46,356 nt of DNA, from the IMG/VR virus record IMGVR_UViG_3300005323_000013, positions 1 to 46,356 of that record; one strand, given 5' to 3'. This DNA is from a virus (lineage: Duplodnaviria; Caudoviricetes). The position numbers were made by a program, and so were the translations under genes. The stretch's first letter is position 1. Each line of letters opens with the position of its first letter. The notes beneath the pieces were generated by a model. The model ran no database searches, was not told where the DNA came from, and saw only the letters and a list, made by a program, of their open reading frames with translations. This document shows, piece by piece, positions 35,203 to 44,400 of this stretch.

Positions 35203-35982
35203 CTATATGGCTTCGGCTTTGGCCGCCGCAAACGTGGGGATAAGCCGGTGATACTGCCATGTGAATTCCCCCTTGTCAGATATCCACCACTCAATAAAGC
35301 CGTAGCTTATGGTCTTGCTCATGCGCGTGCCGCCGTACCGCGTCCAGCCTTGGAGCGCCGGGGTCACAATTGCGGTAAAGTCGTCCTCAATGACAGCGTG
35401 ATAGGAGTGGAGGTGCGAACGGATAAACACGGTTGCGCGGGGTTGTAACTCGCGCTCTGCCCACATGAGATTCCACACGGCTTCACGCGGGAGGGCGGGG
35501 GGAACCGCACCGGGGGTTGAGGAAGATCCAATATGGTGCTTGAAGTCGATGACGCATCCGGCGTACTCAAGCCATGCGTGGGCTTGAAGCCTTGTGCCAA
35601 ACGCCTCGGCTATTGGTGCCTCGAATTGCTCGGCGGTGCCGGTGTGCGAGTTGGTTCCCTCGATCACCGTCGCCTCATCAAAGTTAAATTGCTTCATGCA
35701 CTCGATTGCCATTTTCGCCTGTTCGTGCCTATCGGACGACCATAGCTCGGTGGCCCCGCTTCTTATGCCGTCGCCCTCGCATCCGTCGCCGTTCAGCACA
35801 AGCCGGTCAAGGTGGCCTATCGCGTGCGCCCGCTTTTTGAACCATCGCCATGTCGTCATTTGCCAGCGGCGTATCTTTTCTTGTACGGGGTCATCGCTTT
35901 CCCGCTCCCAGTGTTTCGGCGGGCAAAGGCCGAATCGGTGGCCGCAATGCAAATCGGAGATTATAACGCCGTGTTTAGGCAT
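35203..35982 (-). CDS. Calcineurin-like metallophosphoesterase
   Basis: ISDLHCG, NGD..EG, GT.SH, KHH, SHLH motifs. Confidence 0.87.
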   Translation of the reverse strand: MPKHGVIISDLHCGHRFGLCPPKHWERESDDPVQEKIRRWQMTTWRWFKKRAHAIGHLDRLVLNGDGCEGDGIRSGATELWSSDRHEQAKMAIECMKQFNFDEATVIEGTNSHTGTAEQFEAPIAEAFGTRLQAHAWLEYAGCVIDFKHHIGSSSTPGAVPPALPREAVWNLMWAERELQPRATVFIRSHLHSYHAVIEDDFTAIVTPALQGWTRYGGTRMSKTISYGFIEWWISDKGEFTWQYHRLIPTFAAAKAEAI

Positions 35983-36109
35983 GATTCCCCTTTATTTTTG
36001 TACCGGCCTGCGTACACCATGCACGCAAAAGTTGTTCCACTTTTGCGGTAACGGCACACATTTACCGTAACTTTGTACCGCGCTTTTGCATCGTGCCGCG
36101 GCGCGTGGA

Positions 36110-36502
36110 TCAATGCAGAATGAGGAACGCTGTTGCCGCTACAAGCGCGACGTTTACCACGATGGATACCACAAGCCCCTTACGGACTGACCGCAGGCTG
36201 TTTTCGGAGTTCAAGGCTGATTGCTTCGATTGTAGATACAAGGATTCTAATGCGCTGTATTGTGTCTGTCGCTCCTGCAATTTCACTTTGAGCGTGTTCA
36301 AGTCGAAGATGGATACCATCAAGGATTCCTGCGCTTTCTGTAGCTGCGTACTCAAGTTGTCGATTTCGCTCTTTAACTGCGTCAAGGTCTGATCGAAGCT
36401 GTCCCACGTCGCGGGCGTAGCGGACTGCGAAAAAGCCGGAGACAGCGAGCAACAGGACAAGCAGGCCAACAGCAACAGCACGATAGATTTTTTCCACATC
36501 AC
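36110..36502 (-). CDS. Spanin-like protein 1 (signal/lipobox, coiled coil, C-terminal TM helix)
   Basis: KK + LLLLLAC.SC signal; heptad repeats; hydrophobic C-terminus. Confidence 0.6.
   Translation of the reverse strand: MMWKKSIVLLLLACLSCCSLSPAFSQSATPATWDSFDQTLTQLKSEIDNLSTQLQKAQESLMVSIFDLNTLKVKLQERQTQYSALESLYLQSKQSALNSENSLRSVRKGLVVSIVVNVALVAATAFLILH
36180..36497 (-). CDS. Spanin-like protein 2 (N-terminal TM helix plus coiled coil), nested in another frame
   Basis: AVAVGLLVLLLAVSGFFAV anchor followed by heptads; shares the AAGGAG RBS with the enclosing gene. Confidence 0.55.
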   Translation of the reverse strand: MEKIYRAVAVGLLVLLLAVSGFFAVRYARDVGQLRSDLDAVKERNRQLEYAATESAGILDGIHLRLEHAQSEIAGATDTIQRIRILVSTIEAISLELRKQPAVSP

Positions 36503-36726
36503 TTCTCCTTAACGGCTTTGACGAGGCCGATGATGCCCTCCACCGTTGTCATGCCGATCAGCACAAGCACCATGCCCGCGCACAGGCACGCGCCGAAAAA
36601 CGCCCACTTGCTGTCAAATATCACGGCGAGTTGTAACTGCTCGAAGCACACTACGGCATAGAGGATTCCGAGCGTGCGGCGCATCGAGCCGGAGCCGTCC
36701 TGCTCTTGAAATATGGTTGCGCTCAT
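36499..36726 (-). CDS. Holin-like protein (2 TM helices)
   Basis: 75 aa, G..SMRR motif, two hydrophobic segments, basic C-terminus; in the lysis position. Confidence 0.65.
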   Translation of the reverse strand: MSATIFQEQDGSGSMRRTLGILYAVVCFEQLQLAVIFDSKWAFFGACLCAGMVLVLIGMTTVEGIIGLVKAVKEK

Positions 36727-37121
36727 GCTTCCCTCTTTATGATGCGCTTGCTCACGAGTTGCCCCTGCGATACCGTCAGCGCGTTATCCAGCGGGTCATA
36801 GACGCATTGCCCGCGTCCATCGCCTACTACGAAATGCGCATAGGTCTTGACGGTGGTCTTGCGTTCGTAGCGCAGTATTTCCCACTCGTGGCCGAGCGTC
36901 GCGTATGTCGCCGGCGCGTGGCGTACTGACCAATTACCGCCCGATATGAGCGACAGGAGCCGCGCCGGGTCTTTGATGTAGCAGTCCTCGTCCATAACAC
37001 CCGCCGTCACCGCTTGCTTATAGAGGCCGATGGCGTCGTTATCGCGGTTCGCCAGGTGGAGGAGGGCAAGGAAGTAACAGCCGCTTTCCCCGAGTTTGCG
37101 AGCGATGGTCTGCGAGTTCAC
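36723..37121 (-). CDS. DUF261-like papain-fold protein, candidate endolysin
   Basis: GCYFL, CYIKDP, HFVV, YDPL (Cys-His-Asp). GTG 37121 overlaps the upstream stop. Flanked by membrane-protein genes. Confidence 0.65.
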   Translation of the reverse strand: MNSQTIARKLGESGCYFLALLHLANRDNDAIGLYKQAVTAGVMDEDCYIKDPARLLSLISGGNWSVRHAPATYATLGHEWEILRYERKTTVKTYAHFVVGDGRGQCVYDPLDNALTVSQGQLVSKRIIKREA

Positions 37122-37414
37122 GCGGTGCCTCGCAACAAATAGCCCACGGCCCCCGCGACGAGTGCGCCGATGATGTAGCCGATCAGCTGTTCCCACCGTT
37201 TCGCAGGCTTCTGCTTCAAGTCCTGCACGGCGGATTGGATCATCTCAACGCTTCGCTCGATCTTGCCGACGGCAATCCATAGCGCGGCAATTTTCTCCTC
37301 GCGCACGGCCCCCGATTGCTCGATGGTGCGGAGCCGTCCGTCGTGGTTTTCCAGCGTTCCCTCGATGTTTTCGAATCGCTGTTCATGCGCGGCTGTTGGA
37401 TGCGATGCTACCAT
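37118..37414 (-). CDS. Coiled-coil plus C-terminal TM protein, XhlA-like holin candidate
   Basis: Heptads followed by KPAKRWEQLIGYIIGALVAGAVGYLL; ATG 37414 with GGAGG. Confidence 0.7.
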   Translation of the reverse strand: MVASHPTAAHEQRFENIEGTLENHDGRLRTIEQSGAVREEKIAALWIAVGKIERSVEMIQSAVQDLKQKPAKRWEQLIGYIIGALVAGAVGYLLRGTA

Positions 37415-37442
37415 GATGCCTCCGATGGCCTTCTGGCCGTTG

Positions 37443-37670
37443 TTACTCAGCCCACTTTGCAAGGATGTACTGCTTTTCGGCGGGGAAATCGCTCCAGGGC
37501 AGATCGCCCCAGGTGGTCGGGAGAGACTCGCCCAAAGATTCCCCCTTCATAAACCCCCTGCGCCAATTCTTGCGGATTACCTCATCCTCGACCGTGATGA
37601 TCTTCTGGATCAACACACTCGCGTTATTGTTGTCATCGAAAGAAACCGTGCATACAAATTTAGTTTCCAT
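37443..37670 (-). CDS. Small tail-fibre-associated protein or chaperone
   Basis: Follows the fibre gene; AAGGAG RBS. Confidence 0.6.
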   Translation of the reverse strand: METKFVCTVSFDDNNNASVLIQKIITVEDEVIRKNWRRGFMKGESLGESLPTTWGDLPWSDFPAEKQYILAKWAE

Positions 37671-37681
37671 GGAATTCTCCT

Positions 37682-38287
37682 TTATGCCTTCACATAATTA
37701 AAGCTGATATAGAAATAATCGTTGGCCGCTATTGTGTTGCCGGCCACGCGTATTGCAAAATTTGTAGACCCTGTAAAAATCATGGGAATTATGGTGAACG
37801 TGCTTACATACTTTACAATAGAATTGGCACTTCTCCCCGAATCCTCTGCAAGAGTTGCCCCTGCATACGGTAGTCCGCTGACAAGCACATAATCCCCAAC
37901 GGGGGAGGATACGGAGTCCACGCCGACGTAGCCGGAGATGAACACACGTTCACCAATGACATCATAATGCAATGTATTATTTGCGGCTTTCATGGTGATG
38001 GTGCCGCTGGTAGGTACGGTCATTGTGACAGTAATTGCGCCTTCCTCGTAGTCGTCAAGAGTATTTGCGTCGGCGCTTGCCGCCTGCGTTGCGGGGAAGC
38101 TGATGCCGTCGACGTTCAGGCCCTTCGCGGCATTGTAAAGGGGTATGCGTGCGGCGGTCTGCGTGGCGGTAGGTGCGCCGCCCGTTATCCATCCATCGAG
38201 TTTGCCCGCGCCGTCTGATTTCGGTATTGTGTTGGGGGCAGGGGTCGCGCTGGCCGTCGAGAGGCCATCTACAAGTGCGCCTGCCAT
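37682..38287 (-). CDS. Short tail fibre / receptor-binding tip protein
   Basis: IP..D..GKL...W, DANTLDDYEEG, Y..IG.RV, SGLPY motifs typical of fibre C-termini. Confidence 0.7.
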   Translation of the reverse strand: MAGALVDGLSTASATPAPNTIPKSDGAGKLDGWITGGAPTATQTAARIPLYNAAKGLNVDGISFPATQAASADANTLDDYEEGAITVTMTVPTSGTITMKAANNTLHYDVIGERVFISGYVGVDSVSSPVGDYVLVSGLPYAGATLAEDSGRSANSIVKYVSTFTIIPMIFTGSTNFAIRVAGNTIAANDYFYISFNYVKA

Positions 38288-38288
38288 A

Positions 38289-38639
38289 TTATTTAGCCCT
38301 CACGATGATGTCGATGGAGGTGCCGGAGTTGAACGTAACGACGACCGCCCTGACAAGCGGGGAGAGCTTCACGTCAACGGTTGCCGTCTGTGCCGCGCCG
38401 AACGCATCGACGGGAGTCGCCTGTGTGCCTGCCGCAAGCGCCTGCTGTGAGTCGATGGAATACGCAATGTTGTAGTTTGCCGCCGAGTTGACGACGACAT
38501 GGACAACCACGCCCTCTTTCACTTCTGCGGGGATGAGATATGCTTTGTATCCCGACGCTACCGCCGCGTCCTTTTTCTCCCAGGCAAGCGCGTTGCCGAA
38601 AGAAACCTTGTCCAACGTCTGCAATGTAATTGCCGCCAT
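38289..38639 (-). CDS. Small beta-rich virion protein
   Basis: 116-aa ORF with AAGGAG RBS inside the 29-bp repeat. Confidence 0.65.
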   Translation of the reverse strand: MAAITLQTLDKVSFGNALAWEKKDAAVASGYKAYLIPAEVKEGVVVHVVVNSAANYNIAYSIDSQQALAAGTQATPVDAFGAAQTATVDVKLSPLVRAVVVTFNSGTSIDIIVRAK

Positions 38640-38640
38640 G

Positions 38641-38669
38641 CCTTGCTCCTTCTGTCTCCCGACAGTAGC
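38641..38669 (-). repeat. 29-bp direct repeat, copy 1 (GCTACTGTCGGGAGACAGAAGGAGCAAGG)
   Basis: Identical to 41426-41454; CTGTC-GGGA-GACAG hairpin followed by SD. Confidence 0.95.
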
Positions 38670-38679
38670 TAGAACCTTG

Positions 38680-39057
38680 CTATTGCGTTTCTATACGCAC
38701 GAAAACTTTGTCAACAAACCCCTCATATTTCGGCTTGATCTCTGCCGGAAATATCGTCGCGTAGGTCGAAAACGGATGAAAACATGAATGCTCGAATCCG
38801 AGCGTAAAGCCATCGCGCCGATACCCTGCCCGGAAAATATAGGTATTCTGAAACGGCTTGTAGTTCGTGACCTTCTCCGCGAGGTAGTAGCAATCCATCT
38901 GCCCGCCTACATAAAATCCTTCGTATTCGACATCTGCGGCAATCGTGGTATAAAGCGGAAACATGGTGATAGGCTCCGGCACGGGGTAGTTGTATATCCC
39001 GCCGAACATCCCGCCAAGTTCCAGGAACGCGGAAAAAACCAACGCGCTAAAAAACAT
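38680..39057 (-). CDS. Small beta-strand-rich protein, outer-membrane-protein-like moron
   Basis: Aromatic-rich alternating strands (YIFRAGYRRDGFTLGFEHSCFHP) and hydrophobic N-terminus. Confidence 0.55.
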   Translation of the reverse strand: MFFSALVFSAFLELGGMFGGIYNYPVPEPITMFPLYTTIAADVEYEGFYVGGQMDCYYLAEKVTNYKPFQNTYIFRAGYRRDGFTLGFEHSCFHPFSTYATIFPAEIKPKYEGFVDKVFVRIETQ

Positions 39058-39148
39058 TCAATCGGCCCCCGATTTCCTCATGTTTTGCTCCATAAACCGT
39101 ATCAATTTTCCTCCAAAGGAAAAACAAAAATACCCTGCGTTTCTGTAA

Positions 39149-41425
39149 TTACTTCCATCTTCCAATGCCAATAATTGCGACTGCGTATGTCGTTGACGAT
39201 TTGCTTTCATAGGACGCAAGCTCAATGGTTCCCGCGCTCGATGTTGTCGCTCCATCCTGTGCGATAAGCCATGCAACCGTGGATGTTCTGTCGGACAATG
39301 AGGTTGAAACCGTGGGCGTTGCGATAAAGTTCGCAGCCCAGTTTCCCATGGAAGTTGTGCCGCCTGAGTAATAAATGCTTCCGATTGCAGAGGATATCGC
39401 CGTATCGAATGATACCGTTTTCCAACAGATCATCGTGCCGTCGCCGAATTTTATATAATTGCCGTTTGCGTTTTGCCCTGATGTCGTGATTCCAGAGCCG
39501 ACTTCTGTCGATATTTCGCCTATTGGGAATGACACCGACGCGTTGTTGATGGTTTCATAAAGGTAGTAATCTGTAACCCTTGAATACAGGCATATTACCG
39601 TATCGTCGGCAAGCACGGCGAGCGCGGGAAATGTGTCGGCGGTGGTCGTAATATCGGCTGGGGCGCTCCACGATCCCGCCGCGCTTCGTGTGAGATAGGA
39701 TATGCTGTATGGCGAAGCGGAGAGGCGTAGAGCAATCATTGACGTGCTGTCGGGTAATACGGTTGCAGATGGAATAGTCGCCCCATATGCTGTTTTTTCA
39801 ACAGGGCTTCCCCAGGTTCCCGCAGCTGCCCGCACTATTTCGTAGAGGTGTTGAGAGTCGTCTGTATTTTCATATACGCAAAGCGATGTTCCATTGGGAA
39901 GCTCTACAATAGTCAAAGATCCTGTTTCTGTTGTCACAATTTCCGATGCGCTCCCCCATGTTCCATCGGTGCCGCGTACCATTTCGTAAATATGTTGATT
40001 TACGCTTGATCGTGCATAAAGTAATGAAGCTGTTTGATCGGCGTGGACAGTGGAATACACATCATAACATTGTGTTGCAGTAATTGTTGATGGGCTTCCC
40101 CATGTTCCCACAGTACTGCGAATAATTTGTGTTGGGTATAAAACCGAACTCAAGTATGTACATAAAATTCTTCCATCGGAAAAAAGTGATAACGCGGGTT
40201 GGCCTGCTATTGATGCTCCAACAACCGCTGACTCCGCTCCCCAGGTTCCATCAGTATCCCTGATACGCTGTACTAAATAGCCGTCTGATGCTCTTTTATA
40301 TACGCATAACAGCGTGTCATTATTCAACAATAGTGTGGCTTTTGTTTGGCTGTCGGCCGCGTTCGCCGCCGCAACGCTTCCCCATGTGCCGAGCGTCCAC
40401 GCACCGTCATAGGTTACGTCGGTTTCCATCGACTTCCCGGTAAATTCCAGCGCCCGCGCTTCGTTAAATACGGCCTTGTTGCCCTGTACCGATCCATCGC
40501 CGCCGAGGAATAAGCCTGCCGTGCCGTCATTGTCGCCGAGTTCGTTGTAACCGCCGGAATAGATCGCGCCGTCGGCCTGTAGCCGGATGTATTGTGCGAA
40601 TAGTCGATTGATAAACGCGACATTCGCGCCGAGCATTTCGATATAGTTGAGGTTCGTCGTCGTGTAGTACTGCACCTTTTCGCTTGCGGTGTAGTCGGTC
40701 GGCGTGGTCGTCGGATAGCTCGGAGATTGGTTACACGCCCACACAATGTCCGGCCATGCGTTCGCTATCATTTCAGAGGTCGGCACCGGATGGCTGCCGT
40801 CGCTTCCGTCCTGCCTGACCCATGCGCCTTCGGTGCGCTTGTAGATGCCACACTCGGAAGCAGTCGCGGAATAGGCGAGAATGGTGTCGTACTCGTTGCC
40901 GGACGTTCCCGCAAGGCTCGCATATGTAACGCGGCCTTTGTATTTCGGCGTAAGGATCGTCGTGCTTGCCGCAACGCCTGTCAGATTGCTTCGTCCGGTG
41001 TAGTAATCGCTGAACTTCGTGGCGAAGGTTGATGCGTTGATCGTGGTCGATACGGCCATGTCCGCGAATATGGCAAGCGTGGTATTGAGGTAGGTGTCAA
41101 GGGCTTCGTAGGCGGCGACGTAGGCAAGGTATTCGGTGCCGGTCGCGCTTATCCCTGCGGTCACGGCGTTGGATTTTACAAGCGGGTATTCGACGACAAT
41201 CTCATCCCACCGCGATTTGAGCGCGGGCTTCTCCACGATGGAAACCGTTGAATCGGCGGCAATGTCGGTGATAAGCTGGTTGTAGTCTGCGGACACGGTT
41301 GAAGCGATATGCTGTGCGGTTTCTCCGTCGGTGATGATCTTGGTGACGCCTGCGCCGACAAGTTCGCCCTGCACTTCAAGGGTGCCTACCGTCAGCGCAT
41401 AGTCGGAAAAATCTTTAGCCTTCAA
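39149..41425 (-). CDS. Tail fibre/spike with beta-propeller-like repeats and gp53-like C-terminal domain
   Basis: N-terminal helical domain; about six ~47-aa G(T/S)WG(S/A) repeats; NANGNYIKFGDGTMICW...AIIGIGRWK C-terminus. Confidence 0.8.
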   Translation of the reverse strand: MKAKDFSDYALTVGTLEVQGELVGAGVTKIITDGETAQHIASTVSADYNQLITDIAADSTVSIVEKPALKSRWDEIVVEYPLVKSNAVTAGISATGTEYLAYVAAYEALDTYLNTTLAIFADMAVSTTINASTFATKFSDYYTGRSNLTGVAASTTILTPKYKGRVTYASLAGTSGNEYDTILAYSATASECGIYKRTEGAWVRQDGSDGSHPVPTSEMIANAWPDIVWACNQSPSYPTTTPTDYTASEKVQYYTTTNLNYIEMLGANVAFINRLFAQYIRLQADGAIYSGGYNELGDNDGTAGLFLGGDGSVQGNKAVFNEARALEFTGKSMETDVTYDGAWTLGTWGSVAAANAADSQTKATLLLNNDTLLCVYKRASDGYLVQRIRDTDGTWGAESAVVGASIAGQPALSLFSDGRILCTYLSSVLYPTQIIRSTVGTWGSPSTITATQCYDVYSTVHADQTASLLYARSSVNQHIYEMVRGTDGTWGSASEIVTTETGSLTIVELPNGTSLCVYENTDDSQHLYEIVRAAAGTWGSPVEKTAYGATIPSATVLPDSTSMIALRLSASPYSISYLTRSAAGSWSAPADITTTADTFPALAVLADDTVICLYSRVTDYYLYETINNASVSFPIGEISTEVGSGITTSGQNANGNYIKFGDGTMICWKTVSFDTAISSAIGSIYYSGGTTSMGNWAANFIATPTVSTSLSDRTSTVAWLIAQDGATTSSAGTIELASYESKSSTTYAVAIIGIGRWK

Positions 41426-41454
41426 CCTTGCTCCTTCTGTCTCCCGACAGTAGC
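41426..41454 (-). repeat. 29-bp direct repeat, copy 2
   Basis: Identical to 38641-38669; directly precedes the TTG start at 41425. Confidence 0.95.
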
Positions 41455-41463
41455 ATTGCCCTC

Positions 41464-41480
41464 TACATATTACTTAGTCA
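41464..41480 (-). promoter_or_regulatory. Candidate phage late promoter, TGACTAAGTAATATGTA
   Basis: Third copy of the motif; upstream of the fibre/lysis operon. Confidence 0.65.
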
Positions 41481-41484
41481 CTAG

Positions 41485-44400
41485 CTATTTCTTCGGCCTT
41501 CCAAGCAACGCGCCATAGTCGCCTTCAAGTACCCGCGTCGCGTCGCGGTAAAGTTGCGTCGGCGCTCCTACAAGTACCAAGGAGTCGATAAATGACTGTG
41601 TAGCCTTTTCTATGTCGCCTTCTGACACGGCGGCGAGTCCGTCCGCGAAGTCCTGAACGCCGGGGAACATGGTTTCGGGATACCGTTTTGCCTTCTCTCC
41701 GGTGATGAGGCGCTGTGTAAGGTTCGTCGCAATCTCTCCGACAAGCGGAATAGAATCCGTTGCCTGTGTGATACTCCAGAAGAACAGCCTCCGCGCTTTT
41801 TCTTCCGGCGTTTCGTCGTCCTTCGGGTGCGTCTTGACGGCTTTCAGGAGGATCCCCGCAATCGCGTAAGAGGTCACGATGCCGAGCGCCCATGCAACGT
41901 TCTTCTCGCGCACGGCGGCGGGCAGGTCGTAGGCGATATTCTGGAATATGACGTTCAGGGATGATTGGAACTGCAATATCACTTGCATCCATCCTGATTT
42001 GTTCCTGAACATCGGCGCAAGGTCGTCGCTATACGCGCTTGGCTGTGTCATCATGGTTTTGTCGTCGGCCATGGCAACAGCTTTCTCCACGTCGCCGTCG
42101 AAGTCGTCCAGGTAGCGGTCATACATTGCCCGCCAGCCCACGGCAACAAGGTAGCGGTCTACAAGCTCAAGCCCCTTCATGCCGATTTCTTCAACCTTCT
42201 GCACGTTGCGACCTAGCTTCGTATCTGCCTTGCCGGACTTTATCGATTCCATCATGACATTGACGCCCTGCTTGGCTCTGGCGCGAAGGCGTACCGACAT
42301 TCCCTCCGTTTCCCGCAAGTAGCCGATGGGGTTCGTCATAAGCCGTGAGGCTTCCGCGACAAGCCGGACCGGGCCGGTATACTGCATGGCCGGCCATAGC
42401 GACGTGGTAATCTGCGTCATCATCGATGCCGTGCGGAAGGCGAGCGACGCGAACGCGACATTCCCGCGCAACAGTCGCACGGTAGCGTCATTCTTTGCGC
42501 GGTCGTTCATTTCCTGCGGATTCTTTACGTTGTCGATATAATCATACAGGTATGAAAGTGCCGATTTGCCGCCGATGCTTTCGATATCTTCCTGCATTTT
42601 GGGGGTTCGGTAGATTGCGTCAATCTCTTTCGCGTACTTGGCAAACGCGATAAGGTGTTCTTGGCGGTCGATGGATTCGTTCCAAGTTGTCAGGAGGTCA
42701 AGTTTGACCGGGGTCTGACTCCATGGCTTCATGGTTACTCGCGCCTTTGTAAAGCCCTTTCGCGGTGGTGCCTTGCCGTTTATGGCTCTGCTTCCATGCT
42801 CCATCGCCATTTGCTCGTCGATCTTCTCGGTGGCTCCGCGCCGGATAATCATGAAATAATGCTTGACGGTCTTGAATGGCTGGTTGTAGATGTCGGCCAT
42901 GATACGCGCAATTCTCGGCGCGGCTTCGGTAGAGTCCTGCTCGAAGGCTTCGAGTATTTTCATGTCCTCCGGAGTGAGTGTCGCATCGATGAAGTCCATG
43001 ATCTTGTTGAAGCGTTCAGCGCCTTCAAGGTCGAACCATACCAGATCGCCTTTGTGTTCGGCGCGTTCGTTCGCTGAGAAGAACTCGCCATAGAGAACAG
43101 CATTTCGTGAATCTTCGTTTCGGAACGCAAGTTCAACCGCCATGAGGTCGGTTTTGCGGAGTTTAAAGTCGCCGCGTTGTGGCCCTGCGCCTTCAATGGT
43201 GTATTCGGTAGTAAAGAACGATTCCGGCTTCTGGTCTGCGTCAAGGATTGCCTGATTGATAAAAGCGTGCCTGCGTTCGCGCTGAGTCAGATCCTCGCGT
43301 AGGATCGTTTCCTTGTCATGCCATAGCAGTTGAACATTAGCGCCGTCAACGCCGCCGTCAAGGATGTCGCGGATAAACCTTCGTGCGCTGCGCGTTTCAT
43401 AATTCGCGCTTTTCAGCCTGTCGATGAGCTTCCGCGTGTTTTCCTTGGTAAGGTCAAGCCCTTCGGGTTTTTTATAGTTCTTGTTTTCCTCGAAGGTTTC
43501 CGTGACGAGAGAACTTTGGCCTTCCACCTTTTCGCTGAATCGTTCGCGCTTCCCACGCCATTCCGCACGGCCAATATCGGCAAGCACTTTGATTTCAGTG
43601 GTCAATGCCTCAAGTTCGGTGATTGACATTTTCTTTATGTCGGGGTTGTCCTGGAGGTCAAGAATCTGCTGTGCATAGCTCACGGCAACAGATTTCCCCG
43701 GCGCTTTCGTGGCGCGGGCAACAAGCTGGTCATGGTAGCGTTTCAGCTTTTCCAGCGCCCTGCGCTCCGCGTCGCGCTTCTGGTATGCGTCCTGGCCCTT
43801 CGTGCGTTCTTCGAGCGCGGCAAGGTACGTCTGCAACTGCGCGGAGTTCTTGTAGTCCTTGGCAACGGCGAGTTTGGTGGACAGTTCCGCAATTTTGGCA
43901 CGGTTCTCCTGCCTCGTGCGAACGTCGTCGCCGGATACTTCCTCGCCCCTGGCCTTGGCTTGCTGGATGTCAAGGTCGGCGCGGTCGGCAAGTTTTTGCG
44001 CCTGTTGCATCTGGCGCTCTATCTCCATCCAGTCCTGCGCGGCGACAAGTTTTCCCCTGATGGACTCGCGGCGCTTCTCGATGGATACGCGCTGTGATGC
44101 AAGGCTCTCCGGTATCTCCTGCCCTGCGTTCACAAGTTTGTCCGTGCGGGCAATGATCTTTTTCAGTTCATTCTGCACGTTGCGAAGCTCAACGCGCTGT
44201 CGTCCCATGGTGATGCCGTTCGCGTCAACCTCGGATTCGAGCGCCTTGATATCGCCGTTTAGCGCAGTTTCACGCTTGGCCGATGCCTTGCTTTCTGATT
44301 TCAGCTTCTTTATGAGCGCGGCAACGTTATCGCCTGCGACTACCTTGCCGGAAATGATTTCCTTTGCAAGTTTCTCGTCGGTGATGTCTGCCGCAAGCGC

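Noticed and set aside
37682-41425. Diversity-generating retroelement, as in BPP-1
   Set aside because: No reverse transcriptase ORF and no TR/VR pair differing at adenines was seen.
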